Notes: generated from the letters alone by a model not told the origin. A stretch of DNA of 64,000 nt from a virus (IMGVR_UViG_3300023174_000064:32001-96000), one strand, 5' to 3'; positions 30,373-40,248 are shown, counted from the stretch's first letter. Translations and numbers: made by a program.

Positions 30373-31231
30373 TATTAATCATCTCAAAAAGATCATCGTC
30401 TGCTAATTTTAATTTATTAAGAGCTTTGTAATTGTGCTCTATCGCTTTGCTTTTATTTATGTAGGTTTCTTCGTTTAAAGAATCAAATATTTTTTTTTCT
30501 TTATCTAATTCTAACCAAATAATTCCTTCTGGATCAAAAATATCAGGAAGTTTTTTAGTTCCACAATATACAGGAATTGTTCCTGTAGCAAAACAGTCTG
30601 TTAATTTTTCTGTGTAATAAGAATCGTATATACCATTCTCAACAACTACACTAAACATATAATCCTTTAAACCATCAATTTTAGTGTTCCAAGGATTTCT
30701 AGGATCATTTACTGTTCTGCTGGTTCCATGAGCTCCTCCAAATACATCAAAACCACAATCTAATGCTATTCGAGCAATTTGATGCCGATATACGTGGCCT
30801 TCTGTTAGTTTTTTGGGAGAGCAAAACATAGAGCATTGTTTTTTCTTGGGATAAACACTCCATTTATCTTTTGGAATCCACGGATAATTGCTACCATTTT
30901 GGCAATAAACAAAATTTGGATGTAACTGTAGAAGAGCACTGTCACAAGTAAAAATTTTATTATAATAACTATTAAACAATACTTTATAATTGTTTATTAA
31001 AAAATCATAAACATTTGGAACTATAAATCTAGATTCGCATATCCAACCAAATCTTTTTTCTTTGGGTTTAGAAAAATCTGGATTTATTAACAGACCTAAA
31101 TCTAAATGAACATCACAAATACCTTCAGTGTTTGACCAATCGAACTTATTTGGTTTTATGTTTGAACAAGAAGAATATTGTGGTTCGAATGGTAAAGCAA
31201 TACCTTTTACTTTGTACCGGGACTCTGCCAT
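30353..31231 (-). CDS. GT10 (fucosyltransferase-like) glycosyltransferase
   Basis: YMFSVVVEN....YYTEKLTDCFATGTIPVYCG. Confidence 0.85.
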   Translation of the reverse strand: MAESRYKVKGIALPFEPQYSSCSNIKPNKFDWSNTEGICDVHLDLGLLINPDFSKPKEKRFGWICESRFIVPNVYDFLINNYKVLFNSYYNKIFTCDSALLQLHPNFVYCQNGSNYPWIPKDKWSVYPKKKQCSMFCSPKKLTEGHVYRHQIARIALDCGFDVFGGAHGTSRTVNDPRNPWNTKIDGLKDYMFSVVVENGIYDSYYTEKLTDCFATGTIPVYCGTKKLPDIFDPEGIIWLELDKEKKIFDSLNEETYINKSKAIEHNYKALNKLKLADDDLFEMINNETNNF

Positions 31232-31845
31232 GCTATTAAATCCTCACTCATTCCTAATTTTTTAAGTGCTTCTTTTTTAGAATCTACGTCAGCCAATCCC
31301 ATTACTATTACACTAGCATCGTTTTCTTGACCGGGCCAAACACAATATTCTGGTCCTATAAATTTTATTTTAAATCCATCTTTTTGATAAAAAGAATGCA
31401 AAATGCCAATAAGAGCTTCATGATCAAACCATTGACCATTATTTGCCATTTGCCTTGCCATAAATGTCCAATGTTGAAGAAATTCTAATACTTTAGAATT
31501 AAAATCCAAATAAATTGGAGATGCTTTTGCTGCTTGTAATTTATTTGTTGAGCAAGACACAGCTACATCAGTATTACCTACAAACTGGTCAAATACATCT
31601 AATGATTTGCGAACATCAGAATCAATATCTAACCAAACAACTGGTTTTTGTTTTTCTATTAATAATTGGTATATGAACTGAGGCTTACTTAGACAATTTT
31701 TTTGATATGTTCCTAATGATTGTTTTTTTCTAATATCATGAGGAATATTCAATTCTCTTAGTTGTTTTGTAAGACGATGAGAATGGTCACTATAATACGT
31801 TTTATTGTCTATATCACTAAAAAAAGAAATCACTTCGGTTTGCAT
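31207..31845 (-). CDS. GT-A fold glycosyltransferase-like protein
   Basis: KPQFI, VVWLDIDS (DxD), DHEAL. Confidence 0.65.
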   Translation of the reverse strand: MQTEVISFFSDIDNKTYYSDHSHRLTKQLRELNIPHDIRKKQSLGTYQKNCLSKPQFIYQLLIEKQKPVVWLDIDSDVRKSLDVFDQFVGNTDVAVSCSTNKLQAAKASPIYLDFNSKVLEFLQHWTFMARQMANNGQWFDHEALIGILHSFYQKDGFKIKFIGPEYCVWPGQENDASVIVMGLADVDSKKEALKKLGMSEDLIAWQSPGTK

Positions 31846-31847
31846 AA

Positions 31848-32252
31848 TTAAGAGTTTCCTATATGGTATTTAGGCACCAGTTGCCATTCTTTCTTTTCTT
31901 TATGGGGAATAATTTTTAGTTGAGCCAAAGAAATAATTGGTTCTTTGTACTCGTCTGGATCCACAGCTTCTACTAGTCCCCATTCTACCAGAAGCTTTAC
32001 AATCATGTTACGTCGGCCAAGATCGGTATCGTCTATATCTGTTTCTAGTCCGTCTAGATCAAGCATCTCTTTGAAATGCATGATGGCGTATCTGCCGCGT
32101 TTGTGAAGAATATGACAGCTTTGATATAGTTTTTTTTCTTTTTTGGATGACACTCCCATTCGGGTAAGAGTCTCCTTCACCTTGAGAAAATCGTCTTTAG
32201 ATTTTAATTTGATTTCAACTCCAAGGCCATCAAAAATATCTTCGTTTTCCAT
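31848..32252 (-). CDS. regA: translational repressor RegA
   Basis: DDFLKVKETLTRMG, LYQSCHILHK.GRY.I.HFKE, W.LVPKY.IG. Confidence 0.97.
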   Translation of the reverse strand: MENEDIFDGLGVEIKLKSKDDFLKVKETLTRMGVSSKKEKKLYQSCHILHKRGRYAIMHFKEMLDLDGLETDIDDTDLGRRNMIVKLLVEWGLVEAVDPDEYKEPIISLAQLKIIPHKEKKEWQLVPKYHIGNS

Positions 32253-32290
32253 TATATTCCGCTTTCATTAAAAAATTCAGTAATACGGAA

Positions 32291-32686
32291 TTATTTAGGA
32301 TTTTTAGTATTTGTGCCGCCTTGATCTAAAATGGAAAAAATTTCATCCCAATCTTCTTGTTTGATCAGGTCTACTACTTGCTTTGCTTTGGTGTGAGAAT
32401 ACCCGTATAAGGTCTTTAAAGCGTCTATACGGTCATTAGACTCGTCCTTGATCCACTTGCTGAACCTCTTACGGGGTCGAACCGATATACGCAGAAAGTC
32501 AAACTGCATCTTCTTGTCTAGGCCAGACAAACGATTCATCTCATTGGATAAAAAGATGGTGTCTGAGAAGTAAGAAAGACCCCGGTTGGTAAGAAATGGA
32601 ATATATTCTCGTTCGCAACCGGGATCTTCATCCATCAAAGAAACCTTGGTTTGATTTATGGAATTTAAAAAGTCAAACGGTTTCAT
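32291..32686 (-). CDS. gp62: clamp loader small subunit
   Basis: PFDFLNSIN, Y.PFL.NR.LSY..DT, NEMN, RKRFSKW, YGYS..KA; start at ATG 32686. Confidence 0.92.
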   Translation of the reverse strand: MKPFDFLNSINQTKVSLMDEDPGCEREYIPFLTNRGLSYFSDTIFLSNEMNRLSGLDKKMQFDFLRISVRPRKRFSKWIKDESNDRIDALKTLYGYSHTKAKQVVDLIKQEDWDEIFSILDQGGTNTKNPK

Positions 32687-33246
32687 TAGCTCTTTCTTGC
32701 TGCCCAAGACAATTCACCAAATCCAACAATTTCATTAGGCTTGTTTTGAAAAAATTCATTTACTGCCTGAACAACACCCGGCCAACCAGCCGAATAATCA
32801 TGGCCACAAAAGTATCCTCCAGATTTAACTTTTGGATACCAAAGTTCTAGATCTTTTTTAACCGCCTCATATTCATGTGCAGCATCAATAAAAATACCAT
32901 CTATGCTGTTATCTTCAAATGTCTTAGAGGCTTCTTCTGATGTCATTTGAAGTGGTTTAAATTTACCAGCAACAGGTGCCATGTTTGTGATAAACTCTTG
33001 AAATAACGTGTCATCAATTATTGACTTTTCGTCTTTATGCTCTTCACTTCCTTTCCAAGTATCTACAGCATAAATATTTAAATTTTTATTGTACTTGATT
33101 GCTTCTACTATAAAGTAAGCCAGACTTTTTCCCTTCCAAACTCCTACCTCAACAAACGTTCCGTTTTCAGGAAGAATTTGAGCTAATTCCGAATATAAAA
33201 CAGGGAAAGTAAACCAACCTTCTAATTTTTCGTAAAAATGTTCCAT
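32686..33246 (-). CDS. class I SAM methyltransferase (Methyltransf_24-like), paralog of 21849-22394
   Basis: VEVGVWKGKS, AVDTWKGSEEHK, FIDAAHEYE, GGYFCGHDY. Confidence 0.88.
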   Translation of the reverse strand: MEHFYEKLEGWFTFPVLYSELAQILPENGTFVEVGVWKGKSLAYFIVEAIKYNKNLNIYAVDTWKGSEEHKDEKSIIDDTLFQEFITNMAPVAGKFKPLQMTSEEASKTFEDNSIDGIFIDAAHEYEAVKKDLELWYPKVKSGGYFCGHDYSAGWPGVVQAVNEFFQNKPNEIVGFGELSWAARKS

Positions 33247-33251
33247 TATAT

Positions 33252-34211
33252 TTAATCCTTAAAACTACAATTCATCATAAGTTCCACCATAAACGCACAC
33301 AGATTAATCTCTTGATCTGCCACAAACGCTGTCTTGTACTGATATTCACCAATAATAACCACCGCTTGAGGGATGCTGGCAGGTTCTAGGAATTCGTATA
33401 AACCATCGTAGACCTTTCTAAAGATGTCTTGAGGGCTGTTGTCTAGGTTGTTGGCTATCCACTTACGGATCTCTGTAAAGTTCTTGGTCTTCAAGAACCC
33501 CATGAGTTCCTTGACATTCAGTTCTCCAGCAGTACTAAGAATACCAATATCAATAGTACCAGCAGCAGAGTAACGCTGTAGTTCATTTAGAGTTCGTCTA
33601 AAATCTGGAAAATACTTGACTACAACCTTGGATAGCACCATGTTGTCGTATTCAATACCTTCTTCTTCCAAAATACCTTGACAGCGTTCCAGGAACTGTT
33701 TAGCTAGTTCTGGACGTTCCTTGGTTGGGAAATTAAAGTCAATAACCGTACAACGAGAATGAATTGGTTCAATAATCCGATTCTTGTAGTTACAGGTCAG
33801 AATAAAGCGACAAGTCTTGGCAAACTCCTCAATGGCTCCACGAAGGGCTGGCTGGATACTTTGAGCGTTCGAGTAATCAAACTCGTCTAGGATCACGATC
33901 TTTTGCTTGGCGTCTTCAGACAAAGAAACCGTGCTGGCAAACTGCCTGATCTTGGTTCGCAGAGTATCAATGTTACCGTCTTCTGAACAGTTGATCAGGA
34001 TATAGTCTGCACCCAATTGAGTACAGAGAGCACGAGCAACCGTAGTCTTACCCATACCTGGCTTGCCTGCCAACAGTAGATTAGGACATTCCCCCGATTC
34101 AATAATACTATTAAAAGTATCCTTTAAACTCTTGGGTAGAACACAATCATCGATGATTGCTGGACGATACTTTTCTACCAGCAGACCAACCGCATTGTTT
34201 GATGTTAGCAT
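33252..34211 (-). CDS. gp44: clamp loader AAA+ subunit
   Basis: VEKYRP, GKPGMGKTT, ILDEFD, FILTCN, SRC; start at ATG 34211 after SD AAGGA. Confidence 0.96.
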   Translation of the reverse strand: MLTSNNAVGLLVEKYRPAIIDDCVLPKSLKDTFNSIIESGECPNLLLAGKPGMGKTTVARALCTQLGADYILINCSEDGNIDTLRTKIRQFASTVSLSEDAKQKIVILDEFDYSNAQSIQPALRGAIEEFAKTCRFILTCNYKNRIIEPIHSRCTVIDFNFPTKERPELAKQFLERCQGILEEEGIEYDNMVLSKVVVKYFPDFRRTLNELQRYSAAGTIDIGILSTAGELNVKELMGFLKTKNFTEIRKWIANNLDNSPQDIFRKVYDGLYEFLEPASIPQAVVIIGEYQYKTAFVADQEINLCAFMVELMMNCSFKD

Positions 34212-34212
34212 T

Positions 34213-34899
34213 TTATTCCTTGTAAGTGCTGGTTGCATCCATAGCAACCCAGTAAGTTAGAGGACGACTGGCATGAGTAAACTGGCCAATAACATTCTTG
34301 GACAGGGCTACATGATAATCGCCGTCAAACATCTTCATATTCTCTAACTTGAAGTTGAATGAGAAGTCTGCTTGATCCTTATTGTCTCCAACACGGATAG
34401 AGAACACGTTGCAAGTTGGATCCTTAAGATCCTTAACCACCGCAAGCACGGCATCATCATCAGATACGAAGCACAGATCTGGATTTTGTAGAACTGCACC
34501 TGCACGAGACAGTTCGCGGAAATCGTCACTGGTCAGATCAAACTCAACCACCGCATCAATTTTCTTGATACTCTTGGTTGGATAAGACAGCAGCTTGGGG
34601 TCTGAATAGAAGTACTTAACCTTGGAACCACTTGCTCCGGTAATGGTCATGTACTTGTCGTCAAAGATAAACTCTGGATCTTGGAACAGGGAAATCACAC
34701 CCAGTAGCTTGTTAAGATCCCAGATACCAAACTCAGTATCAAAAGACTCCTCAACCTCGACTTCCGCCATGATATTCTTGGTGGGAGACATAGTTGTGAT
34801 CTTTGATCCAGCCTTTACGTACAGATTAGAGTTAATACCACTGAAATTCTTAAGAATGTTCAGGGTGTCCTTAGAAATTGTTGTTGTCGCTTTTGTCAT
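34213..34899 (-). CDS. gp45: sliding clamp
   Basis: TLNILKNFSGIN, FGIWDL..LLG, GDY.V, YWVA. Confidence 0.94.
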   Translation of the reverse strand: MTKATTTISKDTLNILKNFSGINSNLYVKAGSKITTMSPTKNIMAEVEVEESFDTEFGIWDLNKLLGVISLFQDPEFIFDDKYMTITGASGSKVKYFYSDPKLLSYPTKSIKKIDAVVEFDLTSDDFRELSRAGAVLQNPDLCFVSDDDAVLAVVKDLKDPTCNVFSIRVGDNKDQADFSFNFKLENMKMFDGDYHVALSKNVIGQFTHASRPLTYWVAMDATSTYKE

Positions 34900-34914
34900 A
34901 ATATAAAGTTCCTT

Positions 34915-35097
34915 TTATCGTTCAAATCGTTCAAAATTTTCAAAGTCACCATCATCGGATGAGTGACCGTGCTTTAAATCGTTCAGCCATTGTTGTTGGT
35001 CTGGCTTGCGTGGACGCTTCTTTCGCTTTTGCTTTCGTTCCTTTTGTTCACGCTTCCAACGCTCGTATTCAGATTCAGGTTCAGGAGTATACATCAA
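34915..35097 (-). CDS. small charged hypothetical protein
   Basis: 60 aa ORF coupled to rnh stop with SD GAGG. Confidence 0.55.
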   Translation of the reverse strand: MMYTPEPESEYERWKREQKERKQKRKKRPRKPDQQQWLNDLKHGHSSDDGDFENFERFER

Positions 35098-35930
35098 AAT
35101 TCCTCTAGATGTGGCATAAGAGTCTTAAGTTTATGGTTCATAAAATATTGGAGCAGTTTTTCTCTGCCCTTTCCTTGTTGTGATCCATACGTTTCTAGGA
35201 TCTTGTCTTGAAGATCTTGTGGAATGTTATTCATGTCAATAAGAGTACTGTTCCTGATGTATTTAGGATCTTCAAAAAATGAAGAGTTCTCAGAATCTTT
35301 CTTTAGTTGATCAATTCGCTTCTGTGTCATTCGGACCTGTCGCTTACCGTCCGTAACAAAAGTATCATCGTCACTAAGCATATTAGGCACACCATCACTT
35401 GAATCACCTCCAATAACATGTTCAAAAAGAACCCCACGAGGATCTTCACACTTTAAAAATTCCTTGGTGGTTGGACTGTACTGTTGTACATTTGGAAAAA
35501 TTTGCAGTTGCTGAAAGTCCTTATCATTAGAAATAATAAGAATATTTTCAGACTGGCAGTACGTCTTGGTCAGTACGTAAATAATATCGTCTGCTTCTGC
35601 TCCCTGTAGACGAATACTGGGATACGGAAACACTTCTGCTACTTCGTTACGAATCTTGTCCAGCACGGCAAAAGCAGCCTTCCATTCGTCCTTCTTGGCT
35701 TCCTGTTGCTTACGGCGATTTTGCTTGTAGTACGGAAAGTACTTGCGTCGCCAGTAGTCAGTACCGTCACTGCAAATAACCAATTCTCCGTACTTACGAA
35801 AATCGGTTCGGTACTTGCGGTACGTATTTAACACGGTGTGACGAATATAATCCTCATTAAGAGGTTCGCCATCCTTAGAAGCCTGAAAAATATTGGCCAA
35901 GATAATTTGATTGTTGTCAATAAGTAACAT
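35094..35930 (-). CDS. rnh: T4-type RNase H / 5'-3' exonuclease
   Basis: LID.NQI, YWRR.YFPYYK..R, EADDII, S.DKDF.QL, GD.SDGVPN. Confidence 0.95.
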   Translation of the reverse strand: MLLIDNNQIILANIFQASKDGEPLNEDYIRHTVLNTYRKYRTDFRKYGELVICSDGTDYWRRKYFPYYKQNRRKQQEAKKDEWKAAFAVLDKIRNEVAEVFPYPSIRLQGAEADDIIYVLTKTYCQSENILIISNDKDFQQLQIFPNVQQYSPTTKEFLKCEDPRGVLFEHVIGGDSSDGVPNMLSDDDTFVTDGKRQVRMTQKRIDQLKKDSENSSFFEDPKYIRNSTLIDMNNIPQDLQDKILETYGSQQGKGREKLLQYFMNHKLKTLMPHLEEF

Positions 35931-35936
35931 GTTATG

Positions 35937-35964
35937 AGTATATCACGCCTTTTTAAAAAGTCAA
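35937..35964 (-). promoter_or_regulatory. sigma70-type promoter for rnh, probably leaderless
   Basis: TTGACT - 16 nt (ending TGA) - TATACT - 6 nt - ATG 35930. Confidence 0.7.
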
Positions 35965-35971
35965 AACATTA

Positions 35972-36703
35972 TCAGTCATTTAGAATATCTTTGAAATTTT
36001 CCAAAGCAGTGATGATTGTTTTAATTTTGCGCTTACCAAGGAACGAAAACGCTTCCTTTAAATCCGGATCTCCCTTATACGCCTGCTTGAGTTCCTTGAT
36101 ATACGGATCCAAATTCTTTGCCAGCTTCTTAAAATGCACGTGCTTAATGCCTTGTAGAACCAGCCAGTCAGCATGATCCACGTTCTTAAGTTCATCAGAT
36201 TCAGCAAGTTCAAACAGTTCATCAATTCGACTTTCCAAAACAGACATGTACTCCTTTGTCTTGTTTTGAATACGTTCTTGAACATTGACCTTTTCTTTAT
36301 CGGTATTATCTACTTCTGGTCTGGTCTGGCCCAGCATAATAATATCTTTAACCTTGGATCGTATCATTTCAATAGTACGAGGATCCAACTTGGCCCCAAG
36401 AGTCATAATACGACAACGACTGCCAATCTGAATAAACTCTAAAGCGTTGATATTACATGCCATAGCATACTTGATATCTTTCTTAGAGTATTCGTTCTTC
36501 ATCATCCAGTCAATTGTCCAAGGTTTACACAGTGTATCCTCACATGAATAACTGTACCAGTTAAGGGCCTTCAATACTCGGGAATCGTGTTCTTCCGGAG
36601 TCAGTTTATCTGCGTCCTTCCATATGGGTTCATCACCCATAATTAAAGAATCAACAGAATCACCACGACCAATACGACGAGTTTTCTTCTTTTTCTTTTT
36701 CAT
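35972..36703 (-). CDS. hypothetical protein
   Basis: 243 aa ORF in replication block, codon style like neighbours. Confidence 0.7.
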   Translation of the reverse strand: MKKKKKKTRRIGRGDSVDSLIMGDEPIWKDADKLTPEEHDSRVLKALNWYSYSCEDTLCKPWTIDWMMKNEYSKKDIKYAMACNINALEFIQIGSRCRIMTLGAKLDPRTIEMIRSKVKDIIMLGQTRPEVDNTDKEKVNVQERIQNKTKEYMSVLESRIDELFELAESDELKNVDHADWLVLQGIKHVHFKKLAKNLDPYIKELKQAYKGDPDLKEAFSFLGKRKIKTIITALENFKDILND

Positions 36704-36891
36704 CTGTATCCGTATTTTTTAAGTTCTTTTTTGTACCACTCAAAAAATTCTGTTTTTTCTTTTTTCTTTTTATTTTCTTCTTTTTTTATTCTGGCTTCCC
36801 ATAACTTGGGATTTTTAAGATAAGCATCAGGGACTCTAAATTTATGTGGAGATCCTTGATACGGTATTTTTCGTTTATCTTCTTTTCTCAT
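36700..36891 (-). CDS. small basic hypothetical protein
   Basis: 63 aa, ATGA overlaps at both ends. Confidence 0.6.
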   Translation of the reverse strand: MRKEDKRKIPYQGSPHKFRVPDAYLKNPKLWEARIKKEENKKKKEKTEFFEWYKKELKKYGYR

Positions 36892-38612
36892 ACAATACGA
36901 CTAAAGTTCTTTTTCTTATCGAATTGAACCACGTTATTAAATCTATCTAGCAGTTGGTCCGTTTTATGGCTGATCACATAAACGTTTGCTTTGGACCCAA
37001 AACTAGATAGCAGTTTCATCAGCTCATCCACTCCACCACTGTCTAAACTGGAATCAAATACTTCATCCAGAATAAGCAGATTAGTATTGACACTGTTCTT
37101 CAACTTTGCGATCTCTCGCCATGTCAGAAGCAGTGCCAGATCGATCCTCATTTTTTCGCCTTCGCTAAACGACTCGTAACAAAACTCGTCACGATGGCGA
37201 CTCTTAATGACTTCGTTAAACTCCTCATCCAAATGAAAGTTTGCGTAGAAGTCCATACTGTTTAAATACTTGTTCACGTACTTGTTAATTAACGGAATAT
37301 AGTATTTTACAATCTTTGCTTTAATACCACTGTCCTTGAACAGGAATACCAGTTTATCATAAGAACGAAGTGTGTCAAGAGCTTTTTGTTTCTTTTTTAG
37401 TAATTCGCTTTGTTTGGTTAAAAGTTCAGACAGTTTATCTTGATTTTCTTGAATCTTAGATTGAGTATCAGCAGTTTCCACAACAGCCAACATCTCTTCG
37501 TCCAATCTTTGATTTAATTTAACCAAAGACTCTACAGTTTGTTCTTTTGAAGACGATTTAATGATTAGATCGTTTAATTTATTCTGAACACTTATCATCT
37601 TGTTCAGATTATTTTTGGACATATTGATTGCTTCTTTTATTCGATTCAGGCTATTCTTGTGTTCTTCAACCTTTTCTGTCTTCTCAGCAATCACATGTTC
37701 TTTATGCTCTTTGCTGATTGTCTGCTTACAGGTTGGGCAGCTTTGACTCTTTTCAAAGAACTTGATGTCTTCTTGTACACCTTCGAGAGTACTTTCCAAT
37801 TTGAACAACACAATCTGCTGTTTCTTGAGTTCAGCATTTATTTGATCTCCTGGTTCTAATTCGGTTTCCAGGGTCTTCATTGCGCTTTGAAGTTGTTTAA
37901 TTTCTTTTGAAATACTCTTTATAGTTTCTGTATTTTCTTCCAAAGTGCGTTTGCGATCTGCAACACGATCTGAAGTATTCTTTTGATAAGATTCTAAGAT
38001 CTCTTTGGTGGCAGACACCTTTTCATTTACAAGCACTAGTTCAGACTCAATAGCCTGCATTACTCCTTTGGCAGTACCAATCTTGGTCTTTAGTACGCCA
38101 TTCATTTCAGAGAAGATACCAATATCCAAAATGTTCTCAATGACTTGACGACGATCAGCAGGAGTTAACTGCATGAACGGAATAAATGAAGACGAACCAA
38201 GAACCACAACCTGAGAGAACGTTTTATGGTTCATACTTACAATCTGTTCTTCCAAGATGTTTTGGTAATCTTTACTCTTGGCGTCTTCGTTTAAAAGCTC
38301 ACCGTCTTTGAATATCTTAAACATCTTTGGAGCAAGACCACGAACAATCTTATATTCTGTCTTTCCAACAGTGAATTCCAGTTCAACAACACAATTCTTT
38401 TTATTGATACTATTGACCAATTGTGGAATATTCATGTTTCGGAATGGCTTTCCGAACAACGCAAAAGAAATAGAATCAAGAAATGCAAACGATTTGCCGT
38501 TGCCGTTTGAACCACACACCAAAGTGGTTGCGTTCTTGCCTAGTTCTATTTCAGTAAATGTATTACCAAAAGAACCAAAATTCTTAAAACGAACAGTCTT
38601 AAAATTAATCAA
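36888..38612 (-). CDS. gp46: recombination endonuclease subunit, Rad50/SbcC-like
   Basis: GSNGNGKS, CPTC hook, FSEGEKMRIDLALL, ILDEVFDSSLD, ISHK. Confidence 0.97.
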   Translation of the reverse strand: MINFKTVRFKNFGSFGNTFTEIELGKNATTLVCGSNGNGKSFAFLDSISFALFGKPFRNMNIPQLVNSINKKNCVVELEFTVGKTEYKIVRGLAPKMFKIFKDGELLNEDAKSKDYQNILEEQIVSMNHKTFSQVVVLGSSSFIPFMQLTPADRRQVIENILDIGIFSEMNGVLKTKIGTAKGVMQAIESELVLVNEKVSATKEILESYQKNTSDRVADRKRTLEENTETIKSISKEIKQLQSAMKTLETELEPGDQINAELKKQQIVLFKLESTLEGVQEDIKFFEKSQSCPTCKQTISKEHKEHVIAEKTEKVEEHKNSLNRIKEAINMSKNNLNKMISVQNKLNDLIIKSSSKEQTVESLVKLNQRLDEEMLAVVETADTQSKIQENQDKLSELLTKQSELLKKKQKALDTLRSYDKLVFLFKDSGIKAKIVKYYIPLINKYVNKYLNSMDFYANFHLDEEFNEVIKSRHRDEFCYESFSEGEKMRIDLALLLTWREIAKLKNSVNTNLLILDEVFDSSLDSGGVDELMKLLSSFGSKANVYVISHKTDQLLDRFNNVVQFDKKKNFSRIV

Positions 38613-39646
38613 TCTAGACTCTCCATATAAAGTTCACGAACAATATTCTTCAGTTCTTCTTTGTTTTCTGCTTCCATACTGTCAATCTCTTTATTGATTA
38701 AGCTTAGTGTGTCTTCAGAAATATTCACTTCACCTTCTTCACGAACACGATCACTTAGATCTTCAATGATACTAACACTGGCAGGTTCTGCTGCGTAAAG
38801 ACTGTCCAAGAACTGATCAAACTTGGTTTCACTTTTCTTTTCGTACACCAAAACCTTGACGTAAGTTCCCTTATATCGTGCAGGATCAAATCCTTCAATC
38901 AGTGTACCGTTTCTCCACTCCACATTATGAAACATCTTCATTGGGTTTTGAATAAATTGCAGTTCTCGGGTTTCTGTATCTAGGACATGAAATCCCTTTA
39001 CTTCATTGGTATCAATACTAGTCATCTGGTATTGAGTACCAAGATAATGAACATTACCTTTAGAACTCTTGCTGTGAAAATGACCGGACAGCACCATATC
39101 AAATTTTTCTAAGAACTTGTCACTCATGCCTTCATTAAACTTTATTCCGGGCATAACTTCATAACCACTTAATTCTAAATGGCCTGCCAGAATAGTTGCT
39201 TTACTGTCCTTGATTGTTTTCAAAAACTGTTCTTTGTTTTCTTCATTCAACCAAGGAACCATTAGTATGGTTGCACCGTTGAAACACACTTCTGTTGGTT
39301 CTTCGTATAGATGAAATGAAGAGTGGCATTCTCCCAGCACTTCTTTAGGAGAATTTAAACGATTAGTATTCTTATAGAATACATCGTGATTACCAAGAAT
39401 ACAGTGTAGTTCCACACCATTAGTTTCAAACCAGTTAACGAATCGCTTCTTGGTGTGATGTAGTGTGTTAAAGTTAATAAACTTTCTACGATCAAATAAA
39501 TCACCAAGATGAAGTACTTTAGTGATACCGTGTTCTTTCAGATAAGGAAAGAACTGTTCCTCAAAGAACTTTAAAAAGTGATTCAAGAAAAGGGGAGAGT
39601 CTCCTCTGGCCCCAAAGTGTGTATCACCAATAACTGCAATTTTCAT
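38609..39646 (-). CDS. gp47: recombination endonuclease subunit, Mre11/SbcD-like
   Basis: GDTHFG, LGDLFDRRK, GNHD, SGHFH. Confidence 0.97.
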   Translation of the reverse strand: MKIAVIGDTHFGARGDSPLFLNHFLKFFEEQFFPYLKEHGITKVLHLGDLFDRRKFINFNTLHHTKKRFVNWFETNGVELHCILGNHDVFYKNTNRLNSPKEVLGECHSSFHLYEEPTEVCFNGATILMVPWLNEENKEQFLKTIKDSKATILAGHLELSGYEVMPGIKFNEGMSDKFLEKFDMVLSGHFHSKSSKGNVHYLGTQYQMTSIDTNEVKGFHVLDTETRELQFIQNPMKMFHNVEWRNGTLIEGFDPARYKGTYVKVLVYEKKSETKFDQFLDSLYAAEPASVSIIEDLSDRVREEGEVNISEDTLSLINKEIDSMEAENKEELKNIVRELYMESLD

Positions 39647-40248
39647 GATTTATTTTTACTACGCTTCTTGCGCTTCTTTGGTTCGTACTTTTCAATATCT
39701 CGTTCAGAAATATTAAAATGTTCGCTTAATGCTTCACGTTCGTTGGTTTTTTCAAAATAATTTTCTTTAAACCACTTGTGAAGTGTACCATCGTTTAGCT
39801 CTTCTGTCAACTTGAATTTTACATATCCTTGTTTCTTCTCTTTTTCTATACGACGCAAGAAAGCGTAATATATTATTTGAGTAAAATAAGAAAATGGATT
39901 TTTTGATTTGCGTGGATTGAAATTGTGAGCGTACATCAAACAATTTTCAATTCCGTCTCCAATCATTTCATCTTTATACGGATAATTGGCAAAATTAGAT
40001 TTTGAACATAATCGTTCGGCTATCTTTAAGAAGCACTCACCAATATAATTTGAAATTGGTGGACGCTCATCATCAGTATCTTCTGCTTCTCGTATCTCTT
40101 TTTTCCATTTGATCATTTCTGCTAAGAATTCTTTATTATCAACATAATGATCATTATTTAATTGTTTTTCTAATTTCTTTTCTATTGTTTTAGCCGTTTT
40201 ATCTGTTTTTATTTTTAATTTATCTTTTTTAGGTTTTCCACTTGACAT
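39643..40248 (-). CDS. gp55: late-transcription sigma factor
   Basis: HYVDNKEFL, YIGECFLKIA, NF.NY.Y..EMI.DGIENC, NPFSYFTQI.YYAFLRRI.KEKKQ. Confidence 0.96.
   Translation of the reverse strand: MSSGKPKKDKLKIKTDKTAKTIEKKLEKQLNNDHYVDNKEFLAEMIKWKKEIREAEDTDDERPPISNYIGECFLKIAERLCSKSNFANYPYKDEMIGDGIENCLMYAHNFNPRKSKNPFSYFTQIIYYAFLRRIEKEKKQGYVKFKLTEELNDGTLHKWFKENYFEKTNEREALSEHFNISERDIEKYEPKKRKKRSKNKS

Noticed and set aside
16762-31845. Island as a T4-style DNA hypermodification locus
   Set aside because: No hydroxymethylase, thymidylate-synthase-like or alpha/beta-glucosyltransferase gene recognised here; enzyme set resembles oligosaccharide chain building. Not excluded by genes outside the window.
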